The notes beneath the pieces are model-generated. The model did no database searches, was not told the DNA's origin, and was given only the letters and a program-made list of their open reading frames with translations. The position numbers and the translations under genes were made by a program. A stretch of DNA of 64,000 nucleotides from contig CM082576.2 of NCBI GenBank assembly GCA_040954595.2, positions 2,640,760 to 2,704,759 on the forward strand, read 5' to 3'. Position 1 is the first letter of the stretch. Each line of letters begins with the position of its first letter. The stretch comes from Balanoglossus misakiensis. Its lineage: Eukaryota > Animalia > Hemichordata. Below are positions 52,661-64,000 of this stretch, piece by piece.

Positions 52661-55600
52661 AATATTAAAGGTTCAAGTGCCTTTCTGAAGCAACTGATAT
52701 CGAACAGCCTTCATTTCCCCTCTAATCCTATTTGTTACGCGAAGTCCTACGTTTCAAATTTCAGCTTGTTGTTTTTCAGCGCAAACTGCTAATAATTTTT
52801 AAATTTATATACCACAAGCAGTGTTATGTCAGTTTTATGATCTTGGCGGAATGAACTGTACGGCGTATTCTATCAGCTGAGCTGGAATTATTTTATGAAA
52901 GCAGGGCACACTGAGTGTGGGGCTGGATTTTCTATAAATTCATCCACAGAACAAAGACGTCTGGTGTAAACACAACCATCCTGTGCTTCCTCATGTGTCT
53001 TTGTAGCATAGTAAAAAAAAAGTCAACAGAAAGGCAAATAGAACATGCAGACATTAAAAATCCATCTTATGCACTGTGCATTGCATTCTGATTTCTAAAC
53101 TAGTATTAAGAAAACAGATCTTATTCATTCCCACTTTATTACTAGTACAGCAGGAAATAGACTTTACTGTTATGGAGAGCATATGCCTCGTCTGTTCACA
53201 TCTTGTAGAAACCCTTCCATTAATGTAATGACTCTCTGTAACTTAGCCCTTGGGTATTGGTTGAATATAACTTAATAAGGGCCATTAGGAAGATAGAAAG
53301 TGGTTTCAAATGTCAACATAATCATTGCAATGAGGCTTAAATTATTGCTCAAAATAAATTCAGGCATGTTTTACACGTACATCATAACAGTCTTGATATG
53401 TGAATGTTTGATTTCTTGCATTTTAATTTGTCTCTTCCACTCAGTTTATCAACATATCCATTATATTCATTAAGGGTTTTCTTGTAAATTATACAGTTAT
53501 AAAAATAATTGTAGTGTACTTCTGACTTCAATTAGTTTTCTTTCTGGAAAATTTGTTTTTCATCATGTGAATTTTATCATACACTATACGTACCTCATCA
53601 AAAGTTAATTTAAATGAACTTTCATGTGCAATGAACAATATCAAATTTATATTAAACATATCTGCAGCCTATCCACTTTAACTGTCCTGACGACCGAAAG
53701 TATTTAAATTGGCTTTTAATCCATTAAACTTCGATATGCATGTAGAAAGCATTCAGGAAGCTATAAATAAACTGGTGCCTTTCCAGGGCAATAGATGAGA
53801 TAGCATTTGACAAGTGTTTCAGTGCCTGTGTAAGACTAGTAATAGTACATTAGTAGTTCATACCACACACAAGTGCCACGCATAACAATGAGCCAGAGTC
53901 CGCCTTTTTCGTAAAACAATGAGAAGTCTGGCCACAACTGAACAAGTGCTAGTCCCTCAAGGCTAACTGTATCATGCTGTTGACAACTACACCACATAAT
54001 GTACCCATGAGAAACCTGCAGCCAGACACACAAAAAAGAACCCAATTTGCATCTGATCATACAAATGTAGCTGCCAGGTCTAAAACCAGACACCCTGATT
54101 ACATCATCCGAGGCCATCACTGGATGACCAGTGCCATGTGAGGACGCAGTCACGTGGAGGACGATGTCCAGATGTCCGGACGACCCAACAATGACCCAAC
54201 GGAAGGAAAGGCCAACAATGACGCTGATATCAACAGGACACGCAGTATCCAGTTACATAAAATACCAGGAATACTGTCAGGAGGCCGATCAATGGGGGAT
54301 TTTTATGTCACACTGTATTGTACCAACCTGCATTATTTAATCATGTTGTACAAACACAGTTCCTCAAAAGCCCCTTCAAACTCACTCAAAAATTAACCTC
54401 TGTTCACATTTACCCTATGCTTTTCACCCTATTTCCCTCTGTAGAGTCTCAACTTTACCATAGGAAACAATGGGTTCACATCAATCCATGGTGGTGAAAT
54501 GATTCAATCTATAAAATGGCAAAATTTTCAGGCAATGCATACAACGTAGCAGGCCAAACTGTGAGAGCCCTATATGTTAGTGTTACAAATCACACAAACA
54601 AATTTAATTTGGTCAAATTTGGCAGGAAATACATGGAAGGATATAGCAACTGATGCTATAAATGACAAAGTGTGAATATAAACAAGGACATTGGAAAACA
54701 CCTTACACTTGAGGTAAATAATGTATACCGGTAGTTCAAATTTCAAAGTAAAAATGTACTGAAGAAGTCAGAATTCAGTTTGCTACTGCCAATCATCTGT
54801 GACTGTCTTTCCTTAATTGTTTCTTGTATCTTTATTTGGTTTTTTTGAGGTCAGGTTAACTTGGCAAGTTCTCCATAGAAGGATAGAAGTTCTGGCAGCT
54901 TGTGGGGGCTTTTTTTATTGATCGATGGATATCTTGTCTATAGAGGGCGCTATATTACTGGTTGGTTTCAAAATGCTTGCATGTTTTCAGAACTACGTCT
55001 TCGCCCGCCAAGGCCTTTGCTCTCCAAAAATAGGGAGACATGTCGAGCTAACGACCCTTGCGAGCGGACGTTGTGGCGAGAGTGTCCGGCTACGGCTACA
55101 GTCGCCTGTTTTCTTGATGGTCACTCTCGGCCTAGCTGCAATCGGGTAGTGCTGATCCACACCGAGCATGATGCAGCACACGCTGTATCATTGCAGCTAC
55201 ACTCGGCGATCGGCTGTGTTAATGACAAAGCAACAGTCGACCCGGTGTTCGGCCGCGGAGAGTGACCAGGCAGAAAAGAAGCGACTGTACAGTAGGACGG
55301 TGAATGAAACAATGAATGAGTAGTAGCTTTCAATACGCATGTCTCTCGTAGAGTCCCGTGACTCGTGTGCGAATCTCAGTGAATGGACCGTTGCACTTCA
55401 GCTCGGGGTAAAGCCTAAGTGACGCGCGAGGGCCAATGCCGAAATTCTGCAACCCGCAATTTTCTTTCATAGATCCACCTCTTTTAATCACCTTAATTTC
55501 AAACAAAAGTACCAGGAGAAGTTGTGAACCAGATCGCGGCCGTGAAAGTCAAACGATCGCAAAACAAAAGCTGGGGGAGTAAGGCTTACCTGTTTAATTG

Positions 55601-55747
55601 ATATTACTTACCTACGATCCGATCGATATGTGAATGATCAATCGCTTCCAGTTGTAATATTATTATACGGTTAGGTCTTCTTTGTTGGCGATCAGCTGAT
55701 CATGTTCAACAGAAAATCATGACTACTAGCTGAAACAACTTTATACA

Positions 55748-56102
55748 GTATACCGCGATTTTTGAACGCCAACGATAACTCGATTATGTAATTGTAATGT
55801 TTATCGTAGATAAAGTGGACAAATAGAATGACACGTTTTGCCACAGAGGGCGTGATACGACATCAATATATCCATTCAATATCCAACGGTCTTGCTGTTT
55901 TTCTTCCAGAAGTATGTCTTTTGGCGAAATTTTACTGTATACCGCGATTTTTAAACGCCAACGTTCTGTATGCCTCGATCACGTAATATTTATCGTAGAT
56001 AAAGTGAACGAATGGCAAGACATATTTGCCACAGAGGGCGTGCTACGACTCTCATTTGTGTCCATCCATCCATATCCATGATCTTGGTCTTGTTGGTTTC
56101 TT
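55748..56102. repeat. Diverged tandem duplication, two copies, period 189 bp
   Basis: gtataccgcgattttt.aacgccaacg...tttatcgtagataaagtg...tttgccacagagggcgtg.tacgac repeated at 55748 and 55937. Confidence 0.88.
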
Positions 56103-56135
56103 ACCACGACACCCCAAATTATTTTCACGTATGAT

Positions 56136-56157
56136 TCACTCACTCACTCACTTACTC

Positions 56158-56193
<36 letters not shown>

Positions 56194-56253
56194 GCTTACT
56201 TACTTACTTTAATACTTACTTACTTACTTACTTAGGCCTACTTACTTACTCAC
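56136..56253. repeat. (TCAC)n/(TTAC)n tetranucleotide microsatellite
   Basis: Read directly from the sequence. It explains the LLTY repeats in ORF 56026-56235. Confidence 0.95.
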
Positions 56254-56299
56254 AATAGTCATGGTTGCACAACAATTGTGAAGATTCAGTTAACATAAT

Positions 56300-56542
56300 G
56301 TAACGTGACCAATCAAATCTTTTGGGAAGACGAGCCACCAATTCTGCGCCGAGCGTGTTGCGTCCATGACCTCCGAGTCGTCATCGATGTCACGTGACAT
56401 CAGTGTGGATAATCTACGAACTTATCTCTTTTTATTGGTTGTTAATATTTACCAAAATTAATCAGAGGTGTGGAATTGATAAAAAAGGGTATTCCACACT
56501 GTAAACCATCACTAAATTTGAAAATCTTCACAAATTCTAAAG
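56300..56542 (+). promoter_or_regulatory. Candidate promoter and non-coding first exon of the Q/M/G-rich gene
   Basis: CCAAT boxes, a CpG cluster, a 16-bp palindrome GATGTCACGTGACATC (56386-56401) and a donor AAG|gtaggt at 56542. Confidence 0.4.
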
Positions 56543-57825
56543 GTAGGTGAAACTTTAAATAATAGTTTGTAGTATAAAATAATCAGATTTTCAGATCATG
56601 ACTTTTTAACGTACGTTTGCGATATGTGAGATCTGATCTTTTCGTCGGGCACGGGTGTTGCCGTGTCTGACCTATATATTCCATATTTAATTTGCTCAAA
56701 GTTCAAAACAAGCCGAAACATTTGTGATGAAATGTGCCCATTTTTTTATCGTTTACAAACTACTCATTCAAGTTGTACCAGAAAAAAGGTCGAGTATCAT
56801 AACTACAACCCGCGGTTTAGGTTTCACGAGTTGTAAACGAGTTCGTGCGACTGCAATATAACCAATGAATAAAGGAATACAGTTCTTACTTTTTACTGAA
56901 TGATGGTACATTTTTCGGCCCGAGGCTTGTAAACCTTCAATCATATTTTGATTTTGAAATGTTAATTGTCAGATATTTTTGGTGAGAATGTTTTTTTTCT
57001 GTGATTTTGTTATCCATCGCAGCCAGATAACGGTTCCTTTTTTGAACGGAGACGCCATTTTCTCTTGATGTATAGGTTTTTATTTTTAGATGGGCCCCGT
57101 TTCAAAATTTAACAGATTGGTTAACATGTTATAGATAATTCGTTATTTGATCGGACGGTGTGCGGTCTGAAATCATGACTTCATGAATTCTTCTGTCCAG
57201 CGTAAACGCCGGCAAACTGTAAACTATAGTGTCTGAATGGGCGACGAATATGACAGCAAACCGAAAGAAAACACCCCTCATTCCCCTAGTGTTGTGTGGA
57301 CACTCTGTGCATCACGTTATTCTGATAACATGGTCAATGAAATGTCGTTTCCCAGGCCTGGTCATTTCTCATGTCTGAAGAGATTCAGAGTCAGACATTT
57401 TGGAATGTCAAAGACCATCCCACCAAGCGATCTTGTGTGTTCCATAGTCCGATTACTGAATAACACGGAATGTTTAAGAACTGATGAAGAAAACCATTAC
57501 ACGCAAGCTGGTGGTGATGATGATGATGACGAGTTTGAAAATTGTCTTTTTAAATTGTCATATTTGTCAACATTCACGTCAAATGTTAAATGATACACAA
57601 AGTATAAAAAAAGTTATGTGTGCACATGTTTCAGGTGGTATAAGGCACTTTTTGTAGTTTAAGTATGTGACTTGAACAACGACTCTGGCGCAGAAAATCA
57701 TAAGCTCCCGTGTTTCCATCACAGTTAACACAAAAAGGCACAACGGAAATAAGATAATTTTCGTGGGTTTGTGTTCAATTTGCGATTACACCACTGGTCT
57801 AATTTTGCCTCTGTTGTTTCAACAG

Positions 57826-58530
57826 ATGTCGCAACAAAATCAACCTGGGATGGATCAGCAAGGTGGGACTGGTCAGACTCCGGGGATGGTACCGGGTCAG
57901 ACAGCAGTGCCGTCTGCACCTGCTCTAGGAACGACGATGTCAGGTCAGATGCCAGGGACATCAGTCCCTATGTCACAGGCTTTAGGAACGACGGCAACGG
58001 GTCAGATGCCGGGGACATCAGTCCCTATGACACAGGCTCTAGGAACGACGGTACCAGGTCAGATGCCAAGCCAGCCTGGGCAGGCTTACCAGTATCCCGG
58101 CATGGTGCCAGGTCAGACACCGGGAATGGTCCCGGGTCAGATGCCGACCCAGATGCCCATGCCGCAACAGGGCCAAGGCGCATCCATGCCCCTGGGACTC
58201 CAACAACAGAACCAGGCCATGATGATGCAGATGATGATGATGCAACGGATGGCTATGATGCAGCAAATGCAGGCGGCCGGCATGGGAATGCCGCAACAGG
58301 GAGGGGTGCCAATGGGCGGAATGCCCCAGGGAGGAATGCAGCAAGGTGGAATGCCCCAGGGAGGAATGCAGCAAGGTGGAATGCCACAAATGCAGATGCA
58401 CCAGCAGCAAATGCCCCAGCAGCAAATGGCGCCCTCAGGTGGAACATCGACAGGTGGACAGGACCAGATGGAAGCGACAGCCGTGCCCCTGGGAAAGACT
58501 GGCGGGACATCTTCAATTAAGAAGAAGTAA
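57826..58530 (+). CDS. Uncharacterised Gln/Met/Gly/Pro-rich low-complexity repeat protein (234 aa, or the last exon of a longer gene)
   Basis: Acceptor tttcaacag| immediately followed by ATG. GC-rich open frame to TAA at 58530 with in-frame 57-nt and 30-nt repeats. AATAAA at 58700-58705. Confidence 0.8.
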   Translation: MSQQNQPGMDQQGGTGQTPGMVPGQTAVPSAPALGTTMSGQMPGTSVPMSQALGTTATGQMPGTSVPMTQALGTTVPGQMPSQPGQAYQYPGMVPGQTPGMVPGQMPTQMPMPQQGQGASMPLGLQQQNQAMMMQMMMMQRMAMMQQMQAAGMGMPQQGGVPMGGMPQGGMQQGGMPQGGMQQGGMPQMQMHQQQMPQQQMAPSGGTSTGGQDQMEATAVPLGKTGGTSSIKKK

Positions 58531-60467
58531 TTTAAGGCTTTAGATTTGCCAGTCTTCAGAAAACTTAAATGCTTCACAAAAGGGGGCTATCTTGAAGTTG
58601 AAATTGTTGGACGACGTTTAAACATTTTACGCAACAGTATCTGTTTCAGTTGCTTTTCTTATGTTAGTTTAAATCTAAGATATTTCTTGTCCTCGCTTGA
58701 ATAAAAAGTCGTTTTGTGCAAGAATTATATGGACAAGATTCTGTCTATGGTCGTTCACCCCAAATGCAATTCATGACTAACCCGGTACAAGTGTCTAGAA
58801 ACCTACTCTGGTCGATAAAACAATACAACACAAGTAGGCTAAACTTTACTAAAACCTCTAAATTCAAAATCCTTAAATCAATCCATTTTACGTCTTGAAA
58901 ACTGAAAGTTGATCTCTGTTTGAAAATGGGACAAAAACTGACTTCGAAAGCGACATTGATGGGTCCCATGTTCACACACTGGAGATAAAATGTCGTGCCG
59001 TACCAATATCTGTGTGTCTGTCTGTTGGTCAATTTACATTTTCACACACTTTCAGAACACGGGAGCACCCATCAAAGCCATACTTGTAATCATAGTCATC
59101 GTCTTCGATTTAATAAAAAAAAAGTTTTTAAAGAAGTGAAATACAATCATGGACAAGGCAAATTTCTCATTTCACACGTTCCACCACGACACAAAAAAAA
59201 TCAACACAACATCGTCAACAACATATCAGGAGTCAACACGCCTAACATTAGTGTTTTAATGTTAAATATGGCAAACAGTAAAAAATAAACAATACTTAAC
59301 ATTCTTATAGGAATAAAATCCTTCAATCAGTCCATTAAATAAATAAAGTATCCGATTAAAGGAAAATGCCCCTTTGTATCATGGACATTTTCATTTTTGA
59401 TGAGGGTGCATTGTTATTGCGAACACTTGCATGTACTCTTTTTGATGACAAGGTATTGCAGGACAAATTTATTCACCTACAGGATTGCAGGTGTATATCT
59501 GCGGAGACTTGTACTCGAAGAAAATACTTAGTACCCCCCCCCCCAAAAAAAAAGCAACCCCACCAAACAAACACAAACAACAAAAACCAAAACATGGTGA
59601 AATAACCAGCGTCAAATTTAGGACAAAGCCAACTTCACCTATATGTACAAAGCCTCTTAAATGTAAGTTTAAGGAACCAGTTGCGTTTCAGATAGACAAA
59701 CATTCTGGAGATTTATGTCAGTGTGCGCATATTTGATACATGACGTCGCCTCTGTTATCTTTTTTGTGCACTCTGTGATTTTTGGGCCATGTGGTTTTAC
59801 AGCCGCGTAGCTGCGTTTCCAATGGCCGTAAATGATATTGAAGTCATGTGACGCTCCTTAAATGGCAAGTTTCAAAATACTGAGGTCATCCCGTACAAGA
59901 TAAGAATATTCAATAATACGACGTCTGACGTCATCTCATGTAAATGTTCGTAGCAACAGAAGATTTTTGTCCCATGACTATCGTCCTTGTTTAAAAACAA
60001 ACAGATAGAAAAGCGGATCTAGTAAATACTCGTATGTTTTTCATTTTGTTGTTTGAATCACATATCACCCTTTGTCTATATAGCCGTTTTTGTTTGAACC
60101 AAATTCCTGTATAGGCCCTCCAGGGTCAATGGGTACTGGGTGCTGTATTATAAAGTAACCAATGTTTAACAAATTCAGTCATATACTACGGCAAGACTTT
60201 GGTTTTAACCAGTCCAAAAGCATGAGGCAGGTCTGGATGTATAAATTAATAAAATGCTGTGTTTTTTGCTTCTACGGCGTTGTATAACCAATCAGGGTTT
60301 GGTCGGACATACAGAGTTCCGCCATATTCTTTTTTACCTTCACGGCTTGAGGTCCAGCACCTGTTCACATTATGTCCGGCTGTGTGGTCAAGTCTACATT
60401 TACAGCGGTACACAACAATTACACCGTCTGTGAATTCATGGTGAATATGACAGAAACGAGTCATTTT

Positions 60468-60668
60468 TTAGACTTCGCTTGGCACACTGTTACTGACAAC
60501 GCCGTTTGGGACATTTTCGTTTTCGTCCTCTCTGTCGTCACTCCCAACGCCAACATCTCTGGTGGCGACAAAGTCCTCGGGATCATAGATGACCACTTCA
60601 CCGTCTATCTGTACGTGTGCGCGTTGCCTCGCCTCCAGTTCAGCCTCCGCTTCTACAAGTTTTTGGTT
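60468..60668 (-). CDS. fusl: Fuseless-family protein, exon 2 (acidic C-terminal tail)
   Basis: tttacag|NQKLVEAEAELEARQRAHVQIDGEVVIYDPEDF...NSVPSEV*, phase 0. Total protein about 423 aa. Confidence 0.75.
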   Translation of the reverse strand, partial: NQKLVEAEAELEARQRAHVQIDGEVVIYDPEDFVATRDVGVGSDDREDENENVPNGVVSNSVPSEV

Positions 60669-61155
60669 CTGTAAAGAAGAAAAAATAAAACGGAGCATGA
60701 CAACATGAGAATTTTACATTTAATTTTTAGATTGGTTTATATAAAGGTGTAGAACAAACGTTACGAGACTGATAACCCAGTTTGATGCGCCGTCTGCAAT
60801 TAGCACATCGAGCGCTCATTGTAGATATCTACTGCCCTGCCCACCTGTTGTACGATTAATTTTTAACAAAAAGCGTTTAAATCGAACAAGATTGGTTATA
60901 CATTAGAGCGATACTTCAAAATTGCGCGATCAGACATAGTTCAGGTTGTAAACATAGGCCTATATGGAATTGTTACTCGAAGTGGAACTATCGGTCATGG
61001 ATTAATAGCCGTTTCACATTTTCGAAGGAAGGCGCAATTGAATTTTTGTGATATCATCTTAACAGAAATATTCCTCAAGTAAGTATGGTCCGACTTTTGT
61101 TTCTTGGCGGACCAAGTTATTATAAGCCCAAGTAAACCGACTGAGCAACATTTAC

Positions 61156-62226
61156 TTTTTGTAGGGCTGCACCCTGACAGACTACTGGTCGCGCAGTCAA
61201 ATCTGTAATACGTACCAGCTTATTGAGGTAATGAAGGAAGAGGACTCCTGTACCGTCCTTAGGCCTTCCATCTACAGCACAACCAACGGCACCGATAGAC
61301 CTGCCGGCCAACATGACGTATGCGATTATAGTTCCAACGACGGTGGTTATGATACAGCTAAGGACAAGATCCTCTGGTAGGATTAAGTAGTCGCAGATGT
61401 TCCACAACGCCCTCCACGCATTCACAGAGCTAAAACCGACGATGAACATATACGTATCTTCGAAAAGCAGGTGCAGAAGAAAAGCTTTTCTGGCCAGGTA
61501 TCTCGACGCCTTTCGAGCTGGAGTCTGCAAAGCGTAGCACACAATGAAGATACCGTAACCTAAAGCCAATGAGATATAAGTTGAAAGTGCCTTATCCTCC
61601 GGAAGGAGGGCAGTGTCCAACGTTTGCCAAATACCTCGCCAGAAGAACACGACAAGACTGTGGATGATGAAATAAGACAGCACCAAGTCTAACTCGAACA
61701 AGTGTTTGACGCTCCAGTCCGAGCTGCTCACCTCGAATCTGGTGGTGCAGTCGAACACGTCGGGTTCGTGGTCACGGAATATCACCGACGGCTGCGGGGC
61801 GATGTTCTTCACCCCGCGCAGAAGAATCAGGCAGACGCTGCCTATCGCCAGGAACACCAGCGAGCTGGTCAGGCTGGTCGACGTGTAGTAGTCCAGAATC
61901 GCCCACACCCCCCGCCAGTGGTTGACCACGGCGAACGCCAGGACGAAACTGTAGAGCCTGCTGTATACGTGCCATCGGACGGTCTTGAAGGGAAACCATT
62001 TATTGTGCAAGTTTTGGATCAGACCGAAGATGTTGATCAGCCCGAGTCCTATGAACACCGATATCCAGGCGCTGACCTCGGGCAGTGACGGTAAAACATA
62101 TATGCCCAACAGGGTCCATACTCCTCGCCAGTATCCCAGCACACTTGGTAAAATGATGCACAGCGTTATCACAAGTTCAAGGCTGTGGAAGAGCAGCAAC
62201 TTCAATGTACTGGGGAGTTTCAGCAT
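61156..62226 (-). CDS. fusl: Fuseless-family multipass membrane protein, exon 1
   Basis: 357 codons with about 8 hydrophobic helices and four WR(G/A)xW motifs (YWRGVW, HWRGVW, FWRGIW, AWRALW), characteristic of the Fuseless family. Donor CAAAAA|gtaaat, phase 0. Confidence 0.85.
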
Positions 62227-64000
62227 TTTGGCAGCCAGTACTCATGACATCACGTATAGATTTGTACTAAGTTCGTTCAGGTGTACATGTATATATACAA
62301 ACGGCGATGGGTCAGGGGTTAAGGACACATTAATGCGGGCCTTCGGTTTAGAAATGCCCAATAAGGGACTTTACCATTGTTCCATTGTGCGGCCTTCGTC
62401 GTGTTTTCCCCTACACTGCCACGTCATGTGACCGAATCGTAACTTCTATGAGTCATAGTGCGAATAAAACGAGTCTAGTTACATATTATTCATGTTATTT
62501 GCAGCTCTTCAGTTGGGTTGTCAAGCTGCCAGTGGTTCTGAATATGAAACTCCAACATTTATTTCGCGCTGGCTCGATCTCAGCATGATATCAGTTATCC
62601 GTCTGTCTAGTCTTTCCCCTGACTCTTCTCGGAATTTTTGGCCGAGCCAAGAAAAAACCCTGACCACTGTTCAATGAATGACGAAACCACTGGCGCAATT
62701 GACGTCAGATCACACTTCAGATCCTAAGATCGAAATCTCGTTATAAATGACTTTCTTGTTTCATGATTGTGTAGGGGACGGGAGGGCCGAATGACCCAAC
62801 CGTCGCCAACTTCGAAACAGTCATTTATTGGTCACCTTTATCTGCTGATATATGGCGCAACTCGGTGGCTTCTATGATCTCATTTCGAAACTTTGAGCGC
62901 ATGATTGTTGCGTGGCGTGAGCAAATATGATATTCTAGATATATTATTTGTTTTACAGTCTTTTTATGTTTATTTGGTTGAACGTCAGATTTTGAAGGCG
63001 TTTGTGGGAATACAGATTACAAAGGTAAATCTGCCGGAATTTAAGACTTATCGACCTTGCATCAAATAGTCACGAGGGTGGGGGTGGTATGATGTGGGTG
63101 TATATATTTCATTGTTCATAGATAAAGGCAAATTTAGACTATATGGAAACAGGTCAAATTCTAAAATTTAATCAAGAATTTGGGTTTGTATGCGAAATGG
63201 TCCCTTTCCCGAGAAATCTCGGTCTCCTTTTACCCATCTAAAGTGGTGAGCGAATTTTGAGAGCTAAACGAAATTGTGTCATCCGTTAATTACGGTATTT
63301 TGGAGAGATGTAGGTTAACAAAACGTATGCGATAAGTTCGGGTGCCACAGAACAGACAGTCAAACAATTAATTCTCTAAACCCAAATTGATTGAAGTGAT
63401 TTTTATAACATTTTCACACGACGGTACTTGCTTTTCGTACACAAACTGTTATGTTGTTGCCAAGATGGAGTGCGCAATGCCTCCGAGGCAGTCCGAGTCA
63501 AGTCTGACCACCAAAAGTGGCACCATGTTCGCATCATGCGGTAGTCAAATGAGAGGAAAAGACTGATCAGATTTTTACCGAATAGTGTTTGTAAAATACC
63601 CTCTAACACGTCGTCATCGATCAAGGTTTAGTTTTTTATTCCAAAATCCACTGAGGTCGACAGGCAGTCTTTTTTGTTCGTTCGATTTATTGTTCAGTGT
63701 TTTTCTGTGCAATGTGCGTCATTGGTCCGGTCACGTTCCGCTCACTCTTTCTGGTGTTTCAAAGGACATCCATAGACTGTACGAATTAAGACACGTATAC
63801 GTGAACAATTGAACATATCAGGGCAAGGATTTGTATGAAAACGATTTATAACGCGATATAGCAAATTATTTCTTTCAATAATCACACGACCAAGTCCACG
63901 ATAGCGCATACTGCATCGCTAGCACATATCGATCCTGTTTTATGGCCCTCATCTATAGGCAGCGATGGAGGCAGCAGCAACAGCCGGGGTTATGCAATCG

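Noticed and set aside
54900-55333. Overlapping 60-120-aa ORFs in the CpG-rich block
   Set aside because: No recognisable protein features or consistent splice sites. More likely promoter or UTR sequence.
57237-57593. 118-aa ORF upstream of the Q/M-rich exon
   Set aside because: No homology recognised, includes a short GAT microsatellite, and has no convincing donor linking it to 57826.
57771-58577. Alternate-frame and antisense ORFs (Cys/Ile-rich, His-rich, Arg/Asp-rich)
   Set aside because: By-products of the in-frame repeats of the Q/M/G-rich CDS.
1-64000. Prokaryotic systems, rRNA/tRNA genes, autonomous transposons
   Set aside because: No operons, tRNA/rRNA signatures, or transposase or reverse-transcriptase ORFs seen. 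The spliced gene structures show this is animal nuclear DNA.

Overview
AT-rich, intron-containing genomic DNA from an invertebrate animal. A non-vertebrate deuterostome is my guess, based on vertebrate-like COG2/SYT14/AKAP6 sequences together with a fuseless-family gene; this is not proven. I assembled five genes by hand from GT-AG junctions and reading-frame continuity. (1) The 5' three coding exons of COG2 (- strand, runs off the window start), head-to-head with (2) a Ca2+-independent synaptotagmin-14/16 gene (+, 1450-22615, about 488 aa) that has a candidate TM-less alternative first exon. (3) A tail-to-tail, about 1969-aa gene (-, 41504-31551) with AKAP6/mAKAP-like spectrin repeats, a 3.5-kb low-complexity exon and a C-terminal TM-KASH domain ending PPPV; this is the most interesting feature. 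(4) An orphan Gln/Met/Gly/Pro-rich repeat protein (+, 57826-58530). (5) A two-exon fuseless-family multipass membrane protein (-, 62226-60468). The window also holds microsatellites, two short tandem duplications, a small MITE-like element, an intronic hairpin and CTCF-like motifs. All homology calls come from recalled sequences, not database searches.
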